This document shows, in pieces, positions 36,010-47,957 of a stretch of DNA of 64,000 bases. Every line of letters begins with the position of its first letter. Within the stretch, counting starts at the first letter, position 1. The stretch comes from Eledone cirrhosa. Taxonomy: Eukaryota. The stretch covers positions 24,614,001 to 24,678,000 of the forward strand of contig OZ024764.1 in assembly GCA_964016885.1 (NCBI GenBank), read 5' to 3'. A model generated the notes under the pieces. The model was not told where the DNA came from. It worked only from the letters and a program-made list of their open reading frames with translations, and did not search any database. The position numbers were made by a program, and so were the translations under genes.

Positions 36010-36820
36010 TTGATCCAGCTCCAGTTCTTGCAAAGGACGGTACAACAACCAAAACAGTTGAGAACTGTAAGTATCTTGTTGCATGGATGCACAGCTGATG
36101 CAAGGACTTTGAAGTTAGAAAAGCATTAGCATGGTCGGCATGCCACAAGCTTTTGAATGTGTGGAAGACCAACCTAAACTGTAAAATCAAGGAGCGCCTC
36201 TTCCTAGCAACTGTTGAGTCTATCCTACTTTACGGTAGAGAAACGTCGACCATTGACAAAGTGCTATACAAGAGACTTGACGGATGTTGCACGAGGATGT
36301 TGAGAATGGCTCTCAACATTTCTTGGAAACAGAAGCTGACAAATAAGGAACTATACAGATCACTACCACCAGTCTCAGACGAATGAAACTGGCTGGGCAC
36401 TGCATCCGTCACCCAGAAGAGACAGCATCACAACTTGTGCTCTGGAAACTGATGGTTAGATGAAGATGCGTGGGAAGACAGGTCGTCTCATTCATTGATA
36501 CCCTGCTGAGAGGTGTCAACATTGATAACATCGATGAACTGAGAGCTGACTTCCCAAGAACAAAATCTGAAGCATATATACAGTATGCCCCACCCCCCAG
36601 CCCACACTGTAAACTGGACAGTGTAAAAGACACGGCAAAAAGCACCCAGCACACACTGTAAATGTGGTTGGCATTAGGGAGCACATCCAGCCATAGAAAA
36701 CCAGCCAGAAACATCCCTATTTGAGCGAGACATGGTCACCCGACACACCTTGCCTTAAAATAGGACCTGTCTAACCCATGCTAGCGTGGAAGATGGACGT
36801 TAATCAATGATGATGCTGAT
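36010..36820 (+). mobile_element. Degraded RTE-clade C-terminal fragment followed by an RTE-type tail
   Basis: LFLATVESILLYGRET...LDGCCTRMLRMALNISW, LAGHCIRH; the tail at 36585-36820 ends in (GAT)n. Confidence 0.75.
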
Positions 36821-36827
36821 ATATATA

Positions 36828-36858
<31 letters not shown>

Positions 36859-37041
36859 GTGAAGGTAGATAAGGTTTTGTTTATGTATATCAGGAATGAA
36901 TGCTTAAACAAGAAAACTGCTTGCCAGAGAGTTTAACTTGGTGGTATCCTTTGAATTGAGTAGCATAAATATCCAGGTAGGGGAACATGGTGTATAGGTC
37001 CGGAAGTAGATGTAGACAAATATAAGAGACACAGAAACATA

Positions 37042-37389
37042 TCATCATCATCATCATCATTTCATTTTACATCCGCTTTTTTCCCTGCTTGCAAGGGTGG
37101 GACGGGAACTGATTCTGGCTAGATTTCTACAGCTGGATGCCCTTCCTAACACCAACCTCATTTACAGTGAGTGCTGGGTGCTTTTTTGCCGTGGCACCTC
37201 CACGACCACTTTGCAGTGGAATGATAGGGACCCCAGTCCTATCATCTCATTTCTACAGCTGAGTAAACTGGAGCAATGTGAAATAAAGTGTCTTGCTCAA
37301 GGAAACAACACATCACCCGGTCTGAGAATTGAACTCACAACCTTTCGATTGCAAGCCCAATGCTCTAACCACTAAGCCATGTGCCTCCA
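37042..37389 (-). mobile_element. SINE family A
   Basis: Reverse complement of the consensus. Confidence 0.9.
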
Positions 37390-37612
37390 TATGTTAAAGC
37401 AAATAAATTCCTGATATCCAATCACACTGATGTTTACATTTTTTTGGTGCAAAAACTTGATTATATTTATATATGTGTGTGTATGTATGTATATGTATAA
37501 TATATATATGTATGTATGTATTTATGAATGTTTATGTATAATATATATATATATGTATGTTTGTGTATATGTATAATAATATATTATGTATATATATATG
37601 TATGTATATATA

Positions 37613-38248
37613 TGAGAAATTAGGAATAAGAGGGATCAGATGCTGTTTACTCGAGAGAAGACTATGTTGGTATGGTTACGTGATGCGCATGAAAGACGAC
37701 AGCTGTATAACAAAGTGCAGGGCTATCAAAATAGATGGTAGCCACGGAGTAGGCAGACCCAGAAAAACCTGGGATGACTTGATAAATTCCGACCTTACAC
37801 ACTTACACCTCTCCAAGACAATGTCACTGGACCGAGATCTTTGGTGCTACGCAGTAATACAGAAGACCCGCCTTGCAAAAGCTACAGTCAGTAGGCACCT
37901 CTTACCAAAAATACACCCTCGTCCCACCACCCCAACCCCATCTACCCTTTCGATGTAAAGTTATGTTGGTGACACATCATCCAGTCCTAAACAAATGAGA
38001 TCGTGTAGGTGTCACGAGAAAAAAACACACAGTCCACGCTGTAATGTGGCCGTGTAGGCAACACGGTAAAAACCTCCCAGTCCCACACTGTAAATGTGGT
38101 TGGTGTTAGGAAGGGCATCCAGCTGTAGAAAACCCGCCAGACAGTCCTATGCGAGCAAGACAACCACTCTTGCCTCAAGTGGGAAAATTCACATCCAAAC
38201 CCATGCAAGCGTGGAATATGGACGTTAAACGATGATGCTGATGATGAT
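37613..38248 (+). mobile_element. RTE LINE 3' end
   Basis: KLGIRGIRCCLLERRLCWYG...GRPRKTW, 3' UTR, (GAT)n tail; starts at a TA-rich tract. Confidence 0.9.
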
Positions 38249-38322
38249 ATATATGTTTGTATATATATATATATGTATGTATGTAATATATAAGATCAAA
38301 AGATGGTTAAAAGAGTTCCATG

Positions 38323-38393
38323 TATTTTATTATGCGCATTTCAAAAACAAATATCATCATGCAATAACATTTGTGTTTTCATCAGATAAAATA
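38323..38393 (-). ncRNA. Type I hammerhead ribozyme motif
   Basis: Minus strand reads UAUUUUAU-CUGAUGA-AAACACAAAUGUUAUU...GAUGAUAUUUGUUUUU-GAAA-UGCGCA-UA-AUAAAAUA, with a perfect 8-bp stem I and palindromic stem III. Confidence 0.8.
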
Positions 38394-38822
38394 GGAAGAC
38401 ATGATATGAAGGTTAAAAAACACTTGTGGATAGTGCAGTTTTAAATCAACATATGTATGTATGTATATATATCTATGTTTATGTCGGGTTGCTCTCAACT
38501 GCTACTGGTAACATGTAACCCAGTATATCCTGTGTCATGGTTGGGCCGTCGGCGACTAACCAAGCTTGCTTGGTGAGGAGGGTGATATTTGGACACCCGG
38601 CAAAGGGTGAGGGAATTCAGCAGAGTCAACGGCCATCCAAATAGTACTTTCTGGGGGGTGGGTCATATTGTTATAATATTGCCAGAAATAATAATAAAAC
38701 TCACTGTTTGGTTTGGATTGGTTTTCATAGTCACTACTTTAAAACCGATAGCGTAAGGTTTTCAAAATGTTTTTAATTAAACATACAGTATATTGCCAAA
38801 TATACTATACATACATTCATAT

Positions 38823-39170
38823 ATCATCATCATCTTCATCATCATCATTTTACATCCGCTTTTCCCTGCTTGCAAGGGTGGGACGGGAACTGATTCTGGC
38901 TTGATTTCTACAGCTGGATGCCCTTCCTAACACCAACCTCATTTACAGTGAGTGCTGGGTGCTTTTTTGCCGTGGCACCTCCACGACCACTTTACAGTGG
39001 AATGATATGGACCCCAGTCCCTATCATCTCATTTCTACAGCTGAGTAAACTGGAGCAATGTGAAATAAAGTGTCTTGCTCAAGGAAACAACACATCACCC
39101 GGTCTGAGAATTGAACTCACAACCTTTCGATTGCAAGGCCAATGCTCTAACCACTAAGCCATGTGCTTCC
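38823..39170 (-). mobile_element. SINE family A
   Basis: Reverse complement of the consensus. Confidence 0.9.
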
Positions 39171-39333
39171 ATAATATATATATATATTCTAAAAAAATTT
39201 ATCATGCGCAAAATGTCAGCATCAACAGTTTTCCAAGAGATGTCAACATGAAAGGACCTGTTATTTTTATCTAAAGACATTTTTTCTAATTCCACCCCAC
39301 CCGTCCCCTCAATCTATCTTATTTCTCATTCTT

Positions 39334-39370
39334 TCTTCTGATGAAGGACTAGCGTCCGAAACGTTAAGAC
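39334..39370 (+). ncRNA. Minimal type I hammerhead motif
   Basis: tct-t-CTGATGA-a-GGAC tagc GTCC-GAAAC-GTTA-aga; second copy of 1474-1511. Confidence 0.75.
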
Positions 39371-39611
39371 CCTCTTCCTGCTATATCAAGCGTTAACCTA
39401 ATATATCCCTTCCATATACTGTACCGATTGTGTTGTTATTTCTGTTTACCTTTTACACACATATATAATATATATATATATATATATAGTATATATATAT
39501 ATATATAACACTGGTCTTTATTATCCATTTCATAAAATAAATGAGAATCTAAACTATGTTAACTTTAATTCCAATCACCCCAGATCCGTTAAAAACACTA
39601 TAGTAAATTCT

Positions 39612-40520
39612 GTGCAGCAACGTATTTCTAGAATTTCAGCTAATAAAAATATATTTGAAGATAAGGCACAATATTATAACGAAGCGTTAAGTAGAGCAGG
39701 CTATAGTAATAAAATTATATACATTGATAATAAGGATGTGCCAACTAACCATAACTATACATATTTTGATAGAAAACCTTACACTAACTCGAAAACCAAA
39801 AGAAAAAATAGAACTAGAAATATATTATGGTTTGCTCCCCCTTTCTCATTAAGTATTAAAACTCCTATTGCGAAATTATTCTTTAAAGCTCTAGATAAAT
39901 GCTTTCCTAGAACACACAGCTATTACTCAATATTTAATAGACATACTATTAAACTATCATATTCCACCACTATGAATTTAGTGCAGAATATTAATAGAAT
40001 TAATAATAGAAACTTAAAACCTAACCAGAATAGCATTAATACCCCTAGCAATATCCAATATAATGTTACGGCTCCCAGTAATTTAAATTTAGATAAATGT
40101 AATTGTAGAAATAAATCTAACTGTCCTCTAAATAATAATTGTTTAGTTAAAAATATAGTATACAATTGTAATGTTAAAACAAATGTAAACTCTTTTAATT
40201 ATGTAGGCTCTACCTCCACAGACTTCAAGTCCCGTTTTAATAACCACAAATGTTCTTTTACGAATATTGGTAAAACATCTTCAACTTCTCTATCTAACTT
40301 ACTATGGGACCTGAAATCAAAGAACATTAACTATTCTTTACTTTGGAATATTATCTCCAAAGCTCCTTCATACACTGCTTTATCTAAAAATTGTTCCCTT
40401 TGTGTCGAAGAAATATTCTTTATACTAAAAAGTAAGAACTCTATTAATTTGAGGAATAATTTATTCAGTTCTTGCAAACATCGTTTAAATTCAACTTTTA
40501 AATATATATATAAAATGTAA
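39612..40520 (+). CDS. Penelope-like C-terminal thumb/linker/GIY-YIG endonuclease
   Basis: ALSRAGY, RNILWFAPPFS, CNCRNKSNCPLNNNCL, YVGST, CSLCVEE, CKH; paralog of 18040-18858. Confidence 0.87.
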   Translation: MQQRISRISANKNIFEDKAQYYNEALSRAGYSNKIIYIDNKDVPTNHNYTYFDRKPYTNSKTKRKNRTRNILWFAPPFSLSIKTPIAKLFFKALDKCFPRTHSYYSIFNRHTIKLSYSTTMNLVQNINRINNRNLKPNQNSINTPSNIQYNVTAPSNLNLDKCNCRNKSNCPLNNNCLVKNIVYNCNVKTNVNSFNYVGSTSTDFKSRFNNHKCSFTNIGKTSSTSLSNLLWDLKSKNINYSLLWNIISKAPSYTALSKNCSLCVEEIFFILKSKNSINLRNNLFSSCKHRLNSTFKYIYKM

Positions 40521-41749
40521 TATACGACTTATCTCTTTTACATAATGTCTTCTATATCCATATATGATTCATATACTTAATTTATTTTCTATTATCTCTA
40601 CTTCACATATATATTATTACACCTATCGATAGATTATTAAATTCCTTTATATGACTGCTTGAAACTCCTTTAATAAAAATTTTTTCTTGAAAAACTTACT
40701 GAAGGGTCTAAGAAAATCTTTTGAAAATTCCTTTGAAAGATATAGAAAAACTATATTTTTATATTCTTATATTTTCAAAGTTTTTAATATATATATCTAA
40801 ATGTTTATATATATGTGGAAAAACATGTTTTTTTTGTATATATGTGGAGTAACCTATGGTTTATGCTTTAAATATATTCTTAAGGAAATTTTTTTAAATG
40901 TTCTAACTTTATAGCAAGTAAATTTATGACTTCATATAAAATAACATAAGGTTCATGTTCTAATTACATTCTTAAGATAGTAAATTTAACTTCTTAACTT
41001 TATAGCATTTAATCCTTAGAGTCATCTGAGTTCTTAAAAAATCACTTATAACTTCCTTTACGCTCCTTTACTGTTTTTATAATATAACTAAGTGGGTATT
41101 CTTTTGTCAACTCTCAAAAATTTTCCATAAATTTAGAATTATTTGGATATTTTAAATTTTTGACTTTCAACTTTTAATAAAATAAACTATACTAGATTTG
41201 CTCTAATGTAAAATAATAATATATATTTTTTAATAATTTATAATCCTTAACATACACATTTAAACTAATTATTAAATTATTAAATTAAACCTTTAATCTA
41301 ATTTTTTCTACCTATCATTATAAATATTATAATCAAAACATAACGAATTCCTCCACGCTATTCTCATTTTTTCTTCATTTTTTCTTTTTTCCTCTCACGC
41401 TGTATTTGTCCTTTGTAAGTAATATTTTCTCTCACTTAAAAATATAATTACGCTCTTCTCTTCACACTATTTTCACTGTCAAAAATATATATAATCGCTC
41501 CTTTTTTTCTTTCTTTCTTTTTTTCTCTTTATTTTTCTCTCTCCCTCACATATCACCTTCTTCCAACAGTTTAATTTAAATAAACCGTTATCTTTTCAAC
41601 CTTTCGGACACTCATTTGCATACTCAATCATAATTTTCTATCACCCTCAATAAATGTAATATCTCCACTATCCAGGAAGCTCCAACCGTTAAGGTTGTCT
41701 TTTTTCAGGGTATGTCAATATTTATTTATAAAACAAATCTGTATTGTAT

Positions 41750-41776
<27 letters not shown>

Positions 41777-41780
<4 letters not shown>

Positions 41781-41840
41781 ATCTGATGAAAGCGCACCAT
41801 AATTTGCCTTGGTGGCCCTTGAAATATGTATAATAAAATA
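41777..41840 (+). ncRNA. Type I hammerhead motif at the PLE 3' end
   Basis: CTGATGA at 41783-41789 and GAAA at 41821-41824; same family as 1154 and 20650. A (GAT)n tract sits just upstream. Confidence 0.75.
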
Positions 41841-41878
41841 AATATGATTTTATAAATATAGTTTCTATTTGTTAATAT

Positions 41879-41920
<42 letters not shown>

Positions 41921-42130
41921 CTTAAGGGTATTTTGTAATATTTATTTTGTTTCTCTTTCGCTACTTCTGAAAATGGTATGTTATGATTTTTTTCTCTTTT
42001 TTCTCTGTTTTTTCTATATTTCTGTACTTGCACAAGTTACTTCTAAAATTATATTCTTACCTAACTGCATGGTCTATAGCACACCTGAATTTTAATACCA
42101 TCTTTCTAATTGCTTATATATCTATATCTG

Positions 42131-42161
<31 letters not shown>

Positions 42162-42164
<3 letters not shown>

Positions 42165-44460
42165 GGACACTGGGCCGCTGCGGGAAACGCAAGTCACCCG
42201 GTCTAGATGGTCTACCCTATGAGTTTTACATAGGCATGCCGGACTTGTTCTCTGGCGTCCTCGAAGCCGTCTACTGCAATTGGCAGCAGAACGGGAGAAT
42301 TCCCAGTTCTGCAGGCAGGGGCGTAGTAACGCTGATCAGGAAAGACGAGAACAAGGGGGACGAAATTAACAACTTCAGGCCCATAACTCTGCTCAACGCA
42401 GAGTTAAAGATTTTGGCCAAGGTGCTAGCGACGAGGTTGGCGCTTGTCGTCGAGAAGCTGGTAGGGAAAGCGCAAACGTGTGCAATCCTGACCAGGTCCA
42501 TACACGACAACCTCCACCTCATGTGATACATCATAGAGAGGGTGGGTAGTAAACCCGGCTTCGGTGGGGTTCTGATCAACTTGGATCAGTCTAAGACATT
42601 CGATAGGGTCGACCATCGATACTTGGAAGCGGTTCTCAAGGCGGCCGGTTTCGGTCCCATTTTCAGAGGCTGGATCGAGGCGATGCACACCCGCATCTGC
42701 TCGAGGGTCAAGGTGAACGGCTACCTATCAGAGTCGTTCGCAATCATGCGTTCCATTCGACGAGGATGCCCTCTCTCCTCCATTCTGTATGTATTGACTC
42801 TAGAGCCACTACTGCGGAAATTGGAGCTGTTGCAGGGCATCCCTCTAGAACCGGGACTGCGCAAAGCAGTAATGGTAATGGTGTCGAGCACCTCGGTAAT
42901 TGGGGTGATCAGCAACTTACTGAAAGAATACGAAACGCTGGCGGGAGCAAAACTAAACCCGGACAAGTCTGTCGGTTTACAACTCGAGACGTGGAGAGGC
43001 AAACCGATGACGTCCGACAGCGTCGTTGGACGCTGGACGGATGGACCGGTGAAATTGCTCGGGGTCTGGTTCGGTCCAGACCCCCAGGTGGTGAAAAACT
43101 GAAATGAGGTCATGGCCAAGGTGTTTGCGCTCACCCAGAAGTGGGCAAAATGCAAACTGTCCTTGAAAGGTCGAGTGGAGGTGGCGAACACTTTCATAGC
43201 GTCCGTCATCTACTACCGCTTGACTGTCGTGCCTTGTCCCCGTGAACACCTCACCAAGATGGAACGCATGCTCTTCCAGTTTCTGTGGAAGAAGCAGGCT
43301 CCGCTGGTGAGGAGATCCGTCTGCTGTCAGCACCCTTCCAACGGAGGGCTAGGAATGCCGTGGCTGATGATGCGCAAACATGCGCTGAGGCTGCGACACC
43401 TCCAGGTATTCCTCACCGACCCCCAACCGGTGGGGGCACCGTTTGTGAGACAGGCTTTCCCACAGCTCGTCTCGCTGATGGAGCTGCAGTCCTGGGTCAA
43501 GAAAAGACCGAAAATGATGGGCGCCTGGCACATTGAATGCGCTCAGGCGCTCACAGTCCTCTGGCAAGCAGGCGCAGCAATCAGTGGAGACTCCACTTCG
43601 ACATTCTATAGAGGGATTGTATGTTACAAGGGCGACGACGTGCTCGGAGAGACTCTGGGCGTCGAAGACGATGAGCTCACCAGTCTGTTTGGTAGGACTT
43701 TCCGCTTGGGACCTATGGACAACTTCCAGAGGTCTCTGGTCTGGCAGTGCTACCGAGGAGCTCTACCGGCTCACGACAAGATCTACAGGCACGAACGCCC
43801 CGGCAGGGATCCTTCCAAGAGGACGTGTCCAAGATGCGCGCAGGACATTGAAACAGTCCTGCACGCAATTGTAAACTGCCCGGGCGTAACCGACCTGTGG
43901 AGCTATGGAGAACAATTGCTGTCGCGTATGGAACAAATCCAGTTAACTGCCGAGTCCATACTAAGGATCAAACCGCCAGCCTCTTTCAAAAACGAAAAAG
44001 AGGCGTTTTCCTCTCTACAGTGGCTATGGTGAAAGAGGTTATATGGTGGACGAGATTGAGAGGACTGAGGACAGATGCCTTTCTCTCCGGACAACAATTG
44101 ATTCCCTTCTTTAAGTATCACTTTAGAAGGAGAATCAGAGAGGAGAGAGAGGCACTGCACCCCAGTAAAGTTACTGAAAGGTGGGTGAATGAAGCGAAAA
44201 TGGCCCGAGTGATTGGGCCTTCTCTGTTTATAAGCCTGTAGGTTAAAGAAGAAAGGAACACTTGCACAACATGCTCCTGAAGTTGAGGGTTGTTCTATCT
44301 ACGGGGTATTAAACAACCCATTTGTGGCACCTCCCCCCTATTGGGGATTTCGATTGTTATAATTGTTTGTTTTATATTTTTTACACGACTGTATGTAAAA
44401 TCCCCGGCATGTCTTTGTATTGGCCCCTTTTCTTGTGCGCCCTTGTGGCTAATAAAGAAA
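42162..44460 (+). mobile_element. L1/Tx1-clade LINE, 5'-truncated, degraded ORF2
   Basis: KSPGLDGLP, NFRPITLLN, LDQSKTFDRV, GGLGMP, CPRC...H...C. Ends AATAAAGAAA; flanked by (TCTA)n. Confidence 0.92.
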
Positions 44461-44481
44461 TCTATCTGTCTATCTACACAG

Positions 44482-44574
44482 CTGTACAGTGCCCGGTGGT
44501 TAGGGGCTGACAGTATCATCAGTGGAGGGTCCAATATGAACATGGCTCAGATTCACAACCGTACCACACTCAAA
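44482..44574 (+). CDS. WD40-repeat protein, exon E (LYSARWLGADSIISGGSNMNMAQIHNRTTLK)
   Basis: acacag acceptor, aaa|gtaagt donor, 93 nt, phase 0/0, beta-propeller-like sequence. Confidence 0.78.
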
Positions 44575-44851
44575 GTAAGTATACACTCTCACTCATACTT
44601 GCTTTCACTCTGTCACTCTCACTCATTATCTCCCCTTCTCTCTTTCTCTCTCACCCTCTCACTCACATTATCTCCCACTCTCTCTCTCCTCCTATCACTC
44701 CCCCCTCTTATATCCAATCGAGGACCATCTTCCCCCTACTGGGGTCACCCCTCTCTGGTTGACCCCCCACTGTCGTGTGTTGCTGTACCCACCCCAATTG
44801 TGAGGTTATTTAACCCATAGCTGGGGTGGACGTCATCTACCCTTTTTGTGT

Positions 44852-45238
44852 AGCGCTGGTTTGGCAGTATTGTTAGAGCGTCAGACACCGTGCTTTGCAG
44901 CATAGAGTTACGCCCCTTTACGGTCTGAGTTCAAATCCTGCCGAGGTCAACCTTGGCATTCATCCTTACGGGCTCGATAAAATAAAGTACCAGTAATACA
45001 CTGGGTAATTGCTGGCCTTGTGCCAAAAGCAGAGACATTATATATACTGGCCAAGTGTTTTTGCAGTATCGGTAGAGGGTCAGACACCAAGCTTTGCAGC
45101 ATAGAGTTGCGGCCCTTTACAGCCAGAGTTCAAATCCTGCTGAGGTGAGCTTTGCCTTTCATCCTTACGGGGGTCGATAAAATAAAGTACCAGTAATGTA
45201 TTGGGGTCGATTTAATCGACTTTGCCCCTCCCCCAACA
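44852..45238 (+). mobile_element. Two tandem SINE family B copies
   Basis: Two GAGTTCAAATCC B-boxes, each followed by the catccttacgggg..gataaaataaagtaccag body. Confidence 0.8.
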
Positions 45239-45239
45239 T

Positions 45240-47602
45240 TGCAGTGTCTCGACAGCTAACAACTGATGCAGGTAGTTTGTTCCATGGAGGTTTTAAAGGA
45301 TGCAGTGTCTCGACAGCTAACAACTGATGCAGGTAGTTTGTTCCATGGAGGTTTTAAAGGATGCAGTGTCTCGACAGCTAACAACTGATGCAGGTAGTTT
45401 GTTCCATGGAGGTTTTAAAGGATGCAGTGTCTCGACAGCTAACAACTGATGCAGGTAGTTTGTTCCATGGATGTTTTAAAGGATGCAGTGTCTCGACAGC
45501 TAACAACTGATGCAGGTAGTTTGTTCCATGGAGGTTTTAAAGGATGCAGTGTCTCGACAGCTAACAACTGATGCAGGTAGTTTGTTCCATGGAGGTTTTA
45601 AAGGATGCAGTGTCTCGACAGCTAACAACTGATGCAGGTAGTTTGTTCCATGGAGGTTTTAAAGGATGCAGTGTCTCGACAGCTAACAACTGATGCAGGT
45701 AGTTTGTTCCATGGAGGTTTTAAAGGATGCAGTGTCTCGACAGCTAACGACTGATGCAGGTAGTTTGTTCCATGGAGGTTTTAAAGGATACAGTGTCTCG
45801 ACAGCTAACAACTGATGCAGGTAGTTTGTTCCATGGAGGTTTTAAAGGAAGCAGTGTCTCGACAGCTAACAACTGATGCAGGTAGTTTGTTCCATGGAGG
45901 TTTTAAAGGATGCAGTGTCTCGACAGCTAACAACTGATGAAGGTAGTTTGTTCCATGGAGGTTTTAAAGGATGCAGTGTCTCGACAGCTAACAACTGATG
46001 CAGGTAGTTTGTTCCATGGAGGTTTTAAAGGATGCAGTGTCTCGACAGCTAACAACTGATAAAGAGAGTTTGTTCCATGGAGGTTTTAAAGGATGCAGTG
46101 TCTTGACAGCTAACAACTGATGCTGGTAGTTTGTTCCATGGAGGTTTTAAAGGATGCAGTGTCTCGACAGCTAACAACTGATGCAGGTAGTTTGTTCCAT
46201 GGAGGTTTTAAAGGATGCAGTGTCTCGACAGCTAACAACTGATGCAGGTAGTTTGTTCCATGGAGGTTTTAAAGGATGCAGTGTCTCGACAGCTAACAAC
46301 TGATGCAGGTAGTTTGTTCCATGGAGGTTTTAAAGGATGCAGTGTCTCGACAGCTAACGACTGATGCAGGTAGTTTGTTCCATGGAGGTTTTAAAGGATG
46401 CAGTGTCTCGACAGCTAACGACTGATGCAGGTAGTTTGTTCCATGGAGGTTTTAAAGGATGCAGTGTCTCGACAGCTAACAACTGATAAAGAGAGTTTGT
46501 TCCATGGAGGTTTTAAAGGATGCAGTGTCTCGACAGCTAACAACTGATGCAGGTAGTTTGTTCCATGGAGGTTTTAAAGGATGCAGTGTCTCGACAGCTA
46601 ACAACTGATAAAGAGAGTTTGTTCCATGGAGGTTTTAAAGGATGCAGTGTCTTGACAGCTAACAACTGATGCTGGTAGTTTGTTCCATGGAGGTTTTAAA
46701 GGATGCAGTGTCTCGACAGCTAACAACTGATGCAGGTAGTTTGTTCCATGGAGGTTTTAAAGGATGCAGTGTCTCGACAGCTAACAACTGATGCAGGTAG
46801 TTTGTTCCATGGAGGTTTTAAAGGATGCAGTGTCTCGACAGCTAACAACTGATGCAGGGAGTTTGTTCCATGGAGGTTTTAAAGGATGCAGTGTCTCGAC
46901 AGCTAACAACTGATGCAGGTAGTTTGTTCCATGGAGGTTTTAAAGGATGCAGTGTCTCGACAGCTAACAACTGATGCAGGTAGTTTGTTCCATGGAGGTT
47001 TTAAAGGATGCAGTGTCTCGACAGCTAACAACTGATGCAGGTAGTTTGTTCCATGGAGGTTTTAAAGGATGCAGTGTCTCGACAGCTAACAACTGATAAA
47101 GAGAGTTTGTTCCATGGAGGTTTTAAAGGATGCAGTGTCTTGACAGCTAACAACTGATGCTGGTAGTTTGTTCCATGGAGGTTTTAAAGGATGCAGTGTC
47201 TCGACAGCTAACAACTGATGCAGGTAGTTTGTTCCATGGAGGTTTTAAAGGATGCAGTGTCTCGACAGCTAACAACTGATGCAGGTAGTTTGTTCCATGG
47301 AGGTTTTAAAGGATGCAGTGTCTCGACAGCTAACAACTGATGCAGGTAGTTTGTTCCATGGAGGTTTTAAAGGATGCAGTGTCTCGACAGCTAACGACTG
47401 ATGCAGGTAGTTTGTTCCATGGAGGTTTTAAAGGATGCAGTGTCTCGACAGCTAACGACTGATGCAGGTAGTTTGTTCCATGGAGGTTTTAAAGGATGCA
47501 GTGTCTCGACAGCTAATGACTGATGCAGGGAGTTTGTTCCATGGAGGTTTTAAAGGATGCAGTGTCTCGACAGCTAACAACTGATGCAGGTAATTTGTTC
47601 CA
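45240..47602 (-). repeat. 61-bp minisatellite, ~39 copies, derived from a CR1 3' coding end
   Basis: Period 45241 to 45302; the minus strand encodes WNKLPASVVSCRDTASFKTSM. Confidence 0.95.
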
Positions 47603-47700
47603 TGCTTCAGCAACTCTGAGCGTGAAAAAATATTTCCGAAAGTCATGGGAGATGTGCTGTTTTCTGACTTTGTAGGCATGGCCATGGGCAAGGAGGTGTT
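47540..47700 (-). mobile_element. CR1-clade LINE C-terminal fragment
   Basis: HGHAYKVRKQH...FRKYFFTLRVAEAWNKLPASVV...SFK fits the CR1 RGH..K...R..FF..RV...WN.LP motif. Confidence 0.75.
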
Positions 47701-47957
47701 TTTGTGAAAGGCCAGCAGTTGCCACTACTTACCAATCTCCACCCACCAATGTTGTCCAAGGCAAAGGCTAAGGTCAATACTGCTTGGCACCAGTGACATG
47801 ACAACATATATACTTTACATACTATATATACACTTTATACACCATATATATGTATCTGTCTAGGGCGGGTAAAATTCCCGAGATTACCATATATATACTA
47901 TTTTATAGATTATATATACTAGCAGAAAAACCACCGTTCAGGTGGTTTTTCTGCTAG

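Larger units (their letters stand above)
39508..41882 (+). mobile_element. Penelope-like (Naiad-type) element, 5'-truncated: RT thumb, linker, GIY-YIG and a pLTR with hammerhead
   Basis: Open frame from ~39510 (YYPFHKINENLNYVNFNSNHP) to 40520; (TA)n at both ends. Confidence 0.88.

Noticed and set aside
38486-38640. Possible HDV-like ribozyme or LINE 5' UTR (GGGTTGC/GTAACCC pairing, ggcgact)
   Set aside because: I could not build P1.1, P2 and P3 of the nested pseudoknot by eye.
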